Part shown: one piece after another, positions 36,817-44,846 of the stretch
Numbering within the stretch: the stretch's first letter is position 1
How the letters are laid out: each line of letters starts with the position of its first letter
NCBI GenBank assembly: GCA_947589405.1
Contig: CANQBT010000001.1
Location: forward strand, 1-47,788
DNA: 47,788 bases
Direction of reading: 5' to 3'
Source: an uncultured Clostridia bacterium
GTDB taxonomy: Bacteria; Bacillota; Clostridia; Lachnospirales; CAG-274
Translations under genes and position numbers: made by a program
The notes under the pieces: generated by a model
Told to the model about the DNA's origin: nothing
The model's input: only the letters and a program-made list of their open reading frames with translations
Databases searched by the model: none

Positions 36817-38391
36817 ATGAACAAGCTTATTCAATTTAAAAACATTGTGAAGGAATTTGATTCACAGATAGTTTTAAAAGGTATAAACTTAGATATATAT
36901 GAAAATGAATTTGTAACGCTGTTAGGCCCAAGCGGCTGCGGAAAGACTACCATTCTGAGAATACTGGGAGGATTCATTGAGCCAAATGAAGGCGAGGTGC
37001 TCTTTGACGGAAAGAATATGGCAGGCGTACCTCCCTACAAAAGGGAAATAAATACTGTATTCCAGAAATATGCCCTTTTCCCACATCTTAACGTATACGA
37101 CAATATTGCCTTTGGCCTTAAAATAAAAAAGGAGCCGAAGGACATTATAGAACAGAAGGTAATGCGTATGCTCAGGCTTGTGGGACTGGAGGAATACGGC
37201 AAAAGAAGAGTGACTGAAATGTCAGGCGGACAGCAGCAGAGAGTCGCCATTGCAAGGGCTCTTGTAAACGAACCAAAGGTCCTTCTCCTTGACGAACCTC
37301 TCGGCGCCCTTGATCTCAAGCTGAGAAAGGAAATGCAAAGAGAGCTTAAAAAGATACAGAAGGAGGTTGGTATCACATTTATATATGTTACCCACGACCA
37401 GGAAGAAGCTCTTACCATGTCGGACAAAATAGTCATAATGAATCAAGGCGAAATACAGCAGATAGGCTCTCCCATCGATATATATAACGAACCTGCAAAC
37501 AGATTTGCCGCCAACTTCATAGGCGAAAGCAACATAATAGACGGAATTATGCTGGAGGACTGCAAGGTCATGTTTGAGGACACGGTTTTTGACTGTGTGG
37601 ACAAGGGCTTTGAAGAAAACGAAAGCGTAGATGTGGTGATACGCCCTGAGGATATTAATATTGTGCCCACTAAAAAAGGAAAACTGATCGGTATTGTGAA
37701 ATCTGTTCTCTTCAAGGGCGTACACTACGAAACCATAGTTGAAACAGAAACAGGCACGAAGATAACCGTGCAGATGACTGTGTCCGATCCCAAGCCCGTA
37801 CAGAATCTATCTGCCGATGAATCCATGAGCGCCAATGACTTCTACATTGACATAAGCGATATTCCCGAGCTGACCATTGCGGACATAACCGCAAGAGCAG
37901 ACGCTCAGGCATGGAAAACCTCTACGGAGGAGCTTGTGTCCATCACTAAGGTGGACTATGAGCTAAAGGAGGAAAAGGGAAGCTATCCCGTTACCTTCTC
38001 CACATCAGCCGGCACTATGCACACCATACACATGATAGTTGCCGATGAGAACAAGGTAGAAGCGGAAAAGACAAATGAAGTCATATACGCCGTTAATATA
38101 TACAAAACAATAGATGATATTAAGGAAAGCATTGCCCTTGAAACAGATCTGAAGACATGGGCAAACGCCCAGGCATGGACCTCAGACGGAGATACGAGCA
38201 TAGCCATTACAAATGTAGAGTATGACTTCGATCCTGAAAATATAGAGATCGGAACATATGATATTACATTCGGCACAAGAGGCTATGAATACAAGATAGA
38301 CACTACTGAGGAATACAATGTAGGCGACAGAGTAGGCCTTACGTTTTCACCTGATGACCTGCATATTATGCCAAAGGAGGGCAGACTATGA
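36817..38391 (+). CDS. potA: Spermidine/putrescine ABC transporter ATP-binding protein PotA with a ~180-aa insertion
   Basis: Walker [11 protein letters not shown]-loop [10 protein letters not shown], signature [15 protein letters not shown], Walker [17 protein letters not shown]-like C-terminus is split by two tandem repeats. GGGAGG RBS. Confidence 0.9.
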   Translation: MNKLIQFKNIVKEFDSQIVLKGINLDIYENEFVTLLGPSGCGKTTILRILGGFIEPNEGEVLFDGKNMAGVPPYKREINTVFQKYALFPHLNVYDNIAFGLKIKKEPKDIIEQKVMRMLRLVGLEEYGKRRVTEMSGGQQQRVAIARALVNEPKVLLLDEPLGALDLKLRKEMQRELKKIQKEVGITFIYVTHDQEEALTMSDKIVIMNQGEIQQIGSPIDIYNEPANRFAANFIGESNIIDGIMLEDCKVMFEDTVFDCVDKGFEENESVDVVIRPEDINIVPTKKGKLIGIVKSVLFKGVHYETIVETETGTKITVQMTVSDPKPVQNLSADESMSANDFYIDISDIPELTIADITARADAQAWKTSTEELVSITKVDYELKEEKGSYPVTFSTSAGTMHTIHMIVADENKVEAEKTNEVIYAVNIYKTIDDIKESIALETDLKTWANAQAWTSDGDTSIAITNVEYDFDPENIEIGTYDITFGTRGYEYKIDTTEEYNVGDRVGLTFSPDDLHIMPKEGRL

Positions 38392-39227
38392 AAAGCTTCA
38401 GACGAATGGCTTATCCCTATCTGATATGGTCAGCGGTCTTTATAGTGCTGCCTATGCTGCTTATTATAGTATACGCCTTTACAAAGGAAGGAAATTCCGT
38501 TATAAACATACAGTTTACCCTTGACAATTTTGCAAAATTCTTTAGCGATAAGGTATTCTTTTATGTGCTCAGGCGTTCCATATACATTGCAATAGTCACT
38601 ACTGTAGTATGTATACTTCTGGGGTATCCCCTTGCTTATATAATTGCCTGTATGAAGCCTAAATCACAGGTCGTAATGGTATTTATAGTAACTATCCCCA
38701 CATGGATAAACATGCTCGTAAGGACATATGCATGGAGAGGTATACTTGATAAAAACGGTATGCTGAACAGCATTCTCGGTCTATTCGGAATAGGACCCAT
38801 ACAATTTCTGGAAACTGCCTTTGCGGTGGTGCTGGGCATGGTATATAATTTTATACCCTTTATGATACTACAGATATATAATTCCCTGAGCAAAATGGAC
38901 GACAGCTATCTGGAGGCAGCTGCCGATCTTGGCGCAGACAAGGTACAGACATTTATGAAGGTGGTGCTTCCTCTTTCCATACCGGGAGTCATAAGCGGTA
39001 TAACTCTTGTATTCCTGCCTGCTGTGTCCAGCTTCTTTATACCTAAGCTGTTAGGCGGAGGAAAATATGTACTTATAGGAAATGTGATCGAAAGTCAGTT
39101 CCTGACAAGCGGCGACTGGGGCTTTGGCTCAGCCATATCGCTTATTATGGCAATTATAATAATCATTTCAATGCATATTACCAAAAAGCTGGATAAGGAT
39201 AACTCGGCAGAAGGGGGGAATGGGTAA
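38388..39227 (+). CDS. potB: Spermidine/putrescine ABC transporter permease PotB
   Basis: Six-TM binding-protein-dependent permease with EAA-type loop [25 protein letters not shown] overlap with potA. Confidence 0.87.
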   Translation: MKSFRRMAYPYLIWSAVFIVLPMLLIIVYAFTKEGNSVINIQFTLDNFAKFFSDKVFFYVLRRSIYIAIVTTVVCILLGYPLAYIIACMKPKSQVVMVFIVTIPTWINMLVRTYAWRGILDKNGMLNSILGLFGIGPIQFLETAFAVVLGMVYNFIPFMILQIYNSLSKMDDSYLEAAADLGADKVQTFMKVVLPLSIPGVISGITLVFLPAVSSFFIPKLLGGGKYVLIGNVIESQFLTSGDWGFGSAISLIMAIIIIISMHITKKLDKDNSAEGGNG

Positions 39228-40024
39228 TGAAAAAGAAAAAACACATTCTCTCTAAAATATTTGCAGGTCTTATGATAGCATTTTTCTATCTGCCTATACT
39301 CTATACCATCGTTTTTTCATTTAATGATTCCCGTTCATTAAGTGTATTTGACGGATTCTCGCTCAGATGGTATGAGAAAATGTTCCACAATTCGGATATG
39401 ATGGAATCCGTATTCTATACTATAGCTATAGCCCTGCTGGCAACATTTATATCCACCATAGCAGGCACAATAGCCGCCATAGGCATATCAAAATCAGGCA
39501 GGATATTAAAAGGTGTCGTAGAGCAGGTGAACAATCTGCCAATAATGAATCCCGAAATAGTAACGGCAATAGGACTGCTTATGCTTTTCAGCTCTCTGGC
39601 AGTTTCAAAGGGCTTTACCACTCTTCTGCTGGCTCACATTATGTTCTGCATACCCTATGTGATACTCAGCATTTTGCCTAAGCTGCGATCTCTTGATCCC
39701 AACATATTGGATGCGGCTCTGGATCTGGGCTGTACTCCCGTACAGGCTCTTGTGAAGGTAATAGTCCCTCAGATAACCTCCGGCATATTTGCAGGAGCGC
39801 TGATAGCCTTTACCATGAGCTTTGACGATTTTGTAATATCATATTTTGTAACAGGCAACGGTGTAAACAATATCTCAATAATGATATACACCATGTCAAA
39901 AAGAATAAATCCTACGATAAACGCATTGTCATCATTGATAATAGCTATTATCACGGCAGTACTTTTAATACTCAATATTACACCAATTATACTGGAAAAG
40001 CGAAAGGAGAAAAAACAAAAATGA
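39227..40024 (+). CDS. potC: Spermidine/putrescine ABC transporter permease PotC
   Basis: Permease with EAA-type loop LDAALDLGCTPVQALVKVIVP. TAATG overlap with potB. Confidence 0.87.
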   Translation: MKKKKHILSKIFAGLMIAFFYLPILYTIVFSFNDSRSLSVFDGFSLRWYEKMFHNSDMMESVFYTIAIALLATFISTIAGTIAAIGISKSGRILKGVVEQVNNLPIMNPEIVTAIGLLMLFSSLAVSKGFTTLLLAHIMFCIPYVILSILPKLRSLDPNILDAALDLGCTPVQALVKVIVPQITSGIFAGALIAFTMSFDDFVISYFVTGNGVNNISIMIYTMSKRINPTINALSSLIIAIITAVLLILNITPIILEKRKEKKQK

Positions 40025-41097
40025 AAAAATTACTGGCTTTACTCTTAAGCGGTGCTTTTATTCTGGCAGGCTGCGGAGGCAGCGGCTCAGAAGATGTTGA
40101 GAAAGTAGAGGGATTTGAGGGACAGACCCTTAAATTCTATAACTGGGGAGAATATATAGGCGAAGATGTTATTTCTAATTTTGAAAAGATGTATGATGTA
40201 ACAGTCGTTTCAGAATATTTCGATTCAAACGAAATGATGTATACCAAGTTAAGCGCAGGGGATTCCTATGACCTGCTTGTTCCCTCAGATTATATGATAG
40301 AACGACTTATAAAGGAGGATATGCTCCAGCCCATAGATAAATCAAAAATACCCAATCTTGCCAATCTCACAGAAGGCGTAAGGAATCTGGAATATGATCC
40401 CGACAACACATATTCGGTACCTTATTTCTGGGGTACGGTAGGTCTTGTCTATAATAAAAACAATGTTCCGCCTGAGGAGATCGAAGCAGAGGGCTACAAT
40501 ATACTCAAAAACACAAAGTACAAGGGAAGCATTTATATTTACGATTCAGAGCGTGATTCCTTTATGACGGCATTCAAGGCTCTGGGCTATTCTATGAATA
40601 CCGAAAACGAAGATGAAATAAACGCTGCCTATAAATGGCTTTCAGACATAAACGCCACAATGGAGCCGGCATATGTTACAGATGAGGTAATAGACGCTAT
40701 GGCAAACGGCAATAAGGACATAGCCGTTGTATACAGCGGAGATGCCGCATTTATACTTTCACAGAATCCCGACATGGGCTACTGCGAACCAAAGGAGGGT
40801 TCAAATCTCTGGAGCGATGCTATGGTGATCCCCAAGAATGCTGAAAATCCCGAGCTTGCTCACGAATTTATGAACTATATACTCAGCTACGAGGCCTCTA
40901 AGGACAATTCCGTGACAGTAGGCTATGCTTCTTCAAACGATCAGGTGCTTAAGGAGCTTTCCTCAGAAGGCGGAGAATATTATCAGAACGAAGCATATCT
41001 GCCAAGAACAGGCTATGAAAAAGATGAAATTTTCCACGATAACGAAACGCTTAGAAAAAAGCTTTCCGAACTGTGGATAAAAGTAAAGGCTGAATGA
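40021..41097 (+). CDS. potD: Spermidine/putrescine-binding lipoprotein PotD
   Basis: Lipobox FILAGCGG. PotD-like motifs (LKFYNWGEYI, YDLLVPSDYM, VPYFWGTVGLVYN). ATGA overlap with potC. Confidence 0.87.
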   Translation: MKKLLALLLSGAFILAGCGGSGSEDVEKVEGFEGQTLKFYNWGEYIGEDVISNFEKMYDVTVVSEYFDSNEMMYTKLSAGDSYDLLVPSDYMIERLIKEDMLQPIDKSKIPNLANLTEGVRNLEYDPDNTYSVPYFWGTVGLVYNKNNVPPEEIEAEGYNILKNTKYKGSIYIYDSERDSFMTAFKALGYSMNTENEDEINAAYKWLSDINATMEPAYVTDEVIDAMANGNKDIAVVYSGDAAFILSQNPDMGYCEPKEGSNLWSDAMVIPKNAENPELAHEFMNYILSYEASKDNSVTVGYASSNDQVLKELSSEGGEYYQNEAYLPRTGYEKDEIFHDNETLRKKLSELWIKVKAE

Positions 41098-41141
41098 TCG
41101 GCCAATAAAAATATAAGCTGAATAGAAAGGGAGGTATTATC

Positions 41142-42893
41142 ATGAATTCAGGCTTAAGAAAAATTATAGGCGCAGCTGCGGCCCTGACACTTCTTGTCAG
41201 CTCATTTGCCGTATATGCAGCAGACAGTACCGATACTGCCAAAGCTGAGATATATGGCTCCGTACAGCAGGTAGTCGGCTTCTCCGACGCTACCGGCTAT
41301 ACTACCGAGACCTATTACACAGGGGACAAGAAGAACAACAAATGCGATGCAAACGTAAGCATAAAAAATGCAGCAGAGCAGGTTCCGCTTAAAGGAGCAA
41401 AGGTAAACATCAAAAACAGCGATTCTACTATTGACAAAACGATAGCCGTAAAGGCAGACGGTACTTTCAGTTATTCGGGTGAAGCCAAAAAGCCTCTTGC
41501 AGACGGTGTGTATACGATAACGGCAGCTGCCGAAAACGGCACTCCCATAGGCGGCGCTCAGACTGTAACAATATCAGGTGGCAAAGCCGACAAAGGCGCA
41601 AGCTTCGTACAGGACGACAGACTTGTGTACACCTTCCAGACGGATATAAAGGACTTTAAGGACGAGATACTCGTTATGAAGGACGGCAAAGAGGCATTCA
41701 GACTGCTGGATAAGTCCTATCACTACCAGACTCAGCCTGCCGGCTCTCCAAGCGATATTGCAAGACGTGCCAGCGTTATACACAGAGTAAAGATGCCTGT
41801 AGGCACATATTCCTTCTTTGTTGTAAAGCCCGGTACCGATATTTCATCAAAGAGATATACTATCTCCGCTTCAGACACCTCAGGCATAAGCTCTATCGAC
41901 ATTACTCAAAGAGGAGCAAGCATGCTCTATCTTGTGCCAAAGGTAAATGACTCGGTTATGGAGGCCGCTAAGGCTGCCGCTGATAAAATAGGCAACGTTA
42001 GAAGGGGTATATATACCTTCACTCCTTCACCTTCATCTAAAAATGCAACTGTAAATCACTCTCTTGGCGGAGTTCCCACACAGGACTATGTTGCAGACGA
42101 CATCGGCGCTTACGGAATACTTGGCGAAGATGCGCAATATAAGAATTCCATTATGGTCAACGGAGACAACTATGTTGTGTTTAAGATAAAGGCAGGCGAT
42201 GAATTTGTTACCAAAATAAATGTAACAAAGCAGTCCTACATACTTGCCGATGTAAACTATACAAGAAAGGTAGAGGGCAGAGATCAGATAGCTATAGACA
42301 GCCGTTTCGGAAATGTTACTCTTACTCTTGGCGAGGGTACCTACGTGCTGTATACTACTGCCGAGAACGAAGGATATGTTAATTCAATAGAATTCAATTA
42401 TTCCTCACCGTTTAATGTTATACAAAGCGTTCCCGCTTCAAAGACAGCATCTGACGGAGCAAAAATGGTAGTAGGCTCCTTTGATACCACAAACAATATA
42501 GAGGATTACTCCAAGTTTGCTATAATGATCTCCTCTAACAGAGATGCTCTTGACTATTCAAGCATAAACAATGAACATAATTCAGAACCTATTCCCGGAG
42601 ATAACACAAGCGTTACATCGGAAGGCGGTAAAATATATGTTCTCAATGCAAAATACGATACAATGGGAGCAAGCACCGCTACTGTAATAATAGAAGAGAC
42701 CGAAACTCTTTTCAAAAAGGTCGTAGATGCTTCAGGCGCAACAATTGCCGAAACAATAGACGATGACTTCTATTACTGTTCCGCAAGAATAAACAATGTA
42801 AGCGGTACATTATATGCCGTAGGCGCAGCTAAAAGAGCAGATGAGCCCGACGGCAAATGGATGGTACAGACCACTCCTTTTGTAATTCAGTAA
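41142..42893 (+). CDS. Hypothetical secreted protein (583 aa)
   Basis: Signal peptide (AAAALTLLVSSFAVYAADS). The N-terminal ~100 aa resemble a small beta-sandwich (LKGAKVNIKNSDSTIDKTIAVKADGTFSYSG). The rest is unrecognised. GGGAGG RBS, 44 nt after potD. Confidence 0.7.
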   Translation: MNSGLRKIIGAAAALTLLVSSFAVYAADSTDTAKAEIYGSVQQVVGFSDATGYTTETYYTGDKKNNKCDANVSIKNAAEQVPLKGAKVNIKNSDSTIDKTIAVKADGTFSYSGEAKKPLADGVYTITAAAENGTPIGGAQTVTISGGKADKGASFVQDDRLVYTFQTDIKDFKDEILVMKDGKEAFRLLDKSYHYQTQPAGSPSDIARRASVIHRVKMPVGTYSFFVVKPGTDISSKRYTISASDTSGISSIDITQRGASMLYLVPKVNDSVMEAAKAAADKIGNVRRGIYTFTPSPSSKNATVNHSLGGVPTQDYVADDIGAYGILGEDAQYKNSIMVNGDNYVVFKIKAGDEFVTKINVTKQSYILADVNYTRKVEGRDQIAIDSRFGNVTLTLGEGTYVLYTTAENEGYVNSIEFNYSSPFNVIQSVPASKTASDGAKMVVGSFDTTNNIEDYSKFAIMISSNRDALDYSSINNEHNSEPIPGDNTSVTSEGGKIYVLNAKYDTMGASTATVIIEETETLFKKVVDASGATIAETIDDDFYYCSARINNVSGTLYAVGAAKRADEPDGKWMVQTTPFVIQ

Positions 42894-42901
42894 TATCTAT
42901 A

Positions 42902-42933
42902 CTGCCTGCAAAGTATTTGCAGGCAGTTTTTTT
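42902..42933 (+). terminator. Strong rho-independent terminator of the cls-pot gene string
   Basis: CTGCCTGCAAA (42902-42912) pairs perfectly with TTTGCAGGCAG (42916-42926), followed by T7. Confidence 0.88.
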
Positions 42934-42980
42934 GTTGGCGAAGGATTTTTTCCTGTGACCCGGTCATGGGGAATTTTTAA

Positions 42981-43257
42981 ATCGACCCTTCCACCATTTC
43001 AAACAATAAAATTGTTTGAAATGGTCCCCCTCCCCTCCGACGCCCTGTGGGCTAGGGGAGGCTAAAGGTGGGAGGATAAGGGACGCCTTAAGATAAGGCA
43101 CCCCAAATGCCTTAATAATGTTGAAAAATTTGTATTCATAACAAACTAAAAAATTATGGAGAACTACTGTCTAGGCTCCCCATTCGTAAGGGGAGCTCAG
43201 CCCAACCAAGAATTGCAAGTTATGAACAGATTTGCATGGGCTGACTGAAGGGTCGAT
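42981..43257 (+). repeat. Structured intergenic repeat, compact copy B
   Basis: Perfect 11-nt inverted termini ATCGACCCTTC (42981-42991) and GAAGGGTCGAT (43247-43257). Perfect 15-bp hairpin ACCATTTCAAACAAT-aaa-ATTGTTTGAAATGGT. Same C-rich/G-rich tracts and right-arm hairpins as copy A. Confidence 0.72.
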
Positions 43258-43445
43258 ACTAATACAAACACCAAACTTCCCTCTCTCCGTCCATTCGGCA
43301 GCATAATATTCCATAACAGCGGCAATATTGCTCCCTCTCCGGATCCATTTTGCTAAAAATTTCAAATTTATGTTGCTATATATTCGTTTTTGGGTTAAAA
43401 TAAACTTGGTATATTATAAAATCCTGTTGGAGAAAGGAGACTATT

Positions 43446-44396
43446 ATGACAGTAGATTTAATAGTTCCCTGCTACAATGAATCGGCTGTACTGAATATGT
43501 TTTATAACGAAGCAAGCAGAGTAGCCGACAGCATTAAAAATTACGATTTCAATTTTATATTTGTAAATGACGGAAGCAAGGATAACACTCTTGAAATAAT
43601 GAAGGAGCTTGCCGAAAAGGATAAGAGAGTAAAGTATATATCCTTTTCCCGCAACTTTGGCAAGGAATCCGCTATGTATGCCGGACTTAAAAATTCCTCA
43701 GGGGATTATACGGTAATACTTGACGCAGACCTTCAGCACCCTCCCGCTCTTATACCTGAAATGCTTAAGGCTATGGAGGAAGGCTATGACTGCTGCGCTA
43801 CAAACAGAGCCACAAGAGACGGAGATCCTTTCGTAAGGACATTTTTCACAAGGCGGTTCTACAGCTTTATAAACAAGATCTCTGAGGTGAATATGCCCGA
43901 CGGCGCAGGAGATTTCAGAATGATGAACCGCAAAATGGTTGAGGCGGTAATAGCTCTCAGCGAGGTACAGCGCTTTAGCAAGGGTATATTCAGCTGGGTA
44001 GGCTTTAATACAAAGTGGATAAGCTTCAACAATGTGGAAAGAGCCGCAGGTCAGACAAAATGGAGCTTTTGGGGACTTCTGAAATATGCTGCCGCAGGCA
44101 TTACGGCATTCTCCACATTTCCTCTTAAGGTAGCCATATATCTGGGAAGTCTTATATCCGTTTCTTCATTTGTATATCTTATATACATCGTTATAAAGAC
44201 ACTTGTACACGGCAAGGACCTTCCCGGCTATGCTTCCATAATAGCAATACTTCTGTTTCTTGGCGGCTGCATAATGCTGTGCTGCGGAATAATGGGAGAA
44301 TATATAGCCAAGATATATATAGAGGTCAAGAACAGACCTGTCTATATAATAGGCGAAACTAATATAGACAAGCCTGAGCACGACTATGGGAGGTAA
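43446..44396 (+). CDS. GT2-family polyprenyl-phosphate glycosyltransferase (GtrB/CsbB-like)
   Basis: N-terminus IVPCYNE...VNDGSKDNT, motif DADLQHPP, and two C-terminal TM helices. AAAGGAG RBS. Confidence 0.87.
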   Translation: MTVDLIVPCYNESAVLNMFYNEASRVADSIKNYDFNFIFVNDGSKDNTLEIMKELAEKDKRVKYISFSRNFGKESAMYAGLKNSSGDYTVILDADLQHPPALIPEMLKAMEEGYDCCATNRATRDGDPFVRTFFTRRFYSFINKISEVNMPDGAGDFRMMNRKMVEAVIALSEVQRFSKGIFSWVGFNTKWISFNNVERAAGQTKWSFWGLLKYAAAGITAFSTFPLKVAIYLGSLISVSSFVYLIYIVIKTLVHGKDLPGYASIIAILLFLGGCIMLCCGIMGEYIAKIYIEVKNRPVYIIGETNIDKPEHDYGR

Positions 44397-44401
44397 CAAA
44401 A

Positions 44402-44845
44402 ATGCTTAAAAATTTACTTTCCCGTATTGCCAACAGAGAAACGATAAGCTATCTTGTATTCGGCGTACTCACTACGATGGTCTGTCTTGTAAGCTATGAG
44501 CTTGTGAAGCTTATGCTTACGGCAGGTGCCGAGCCGACGCCCATACAGATGAATATTGCCAACGTGTCCAGCTGGGTACTGGCTGTGGCATTTGCCTATA
44601 TTACAAACAAGCTTTTTGTATTTCGCTCAAAGTCCTTTGCACCTGCATTGCTGCTTAAGGAGATCTCCTCCTTTGTGGGAGCAAGGCTTCTTTCTCTTGG
44701 CTTTGAAATAGTGTGGATGAATGTGACAGTATCTCTTTTGCACTTTAACGACAGCATATGCAAGATACTGGCTCAGTTTGTAATAGTGGTAATGAACTAT
44801 ATTTTCAGCAAATTATTTATATTTAAAAATAAAGGAGAGTCTTGA
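44402..44845 (+). CDS. GtrA-family membrane protein
   Basis: 147 aa with four TM helices and the GtrA-like pattern (ISYLVFGVLTT..., NKLFVFRS, NYIFSKLFIF). GGGAGG RBS. Confidence 0.83.
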   Translation: MLKNLLSRIANRETISYLVFGVLTTMVCLVSYELVKLMLTAGAEPTPIQMNIANVSSWVLAVAFAYITNKLFVFRSKSFAPALLLKEISSFVGARLLSLGFEIVWMNVTVSLLHFNDSICKILAQFVIVVMNYIFSKLFIFKNKGES

Positions 44846-44846
44846 C

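Noticed and set aside
43156-43365. 30-codon + strand ORF (43156-43248) and a 64-aa minus-strand ORF (43171-43365) overlapping repeat copy B.
   Set aside because: Neither has an RBS. The homologous region in copy A contains an in-frame stop while retaining the hairpins.
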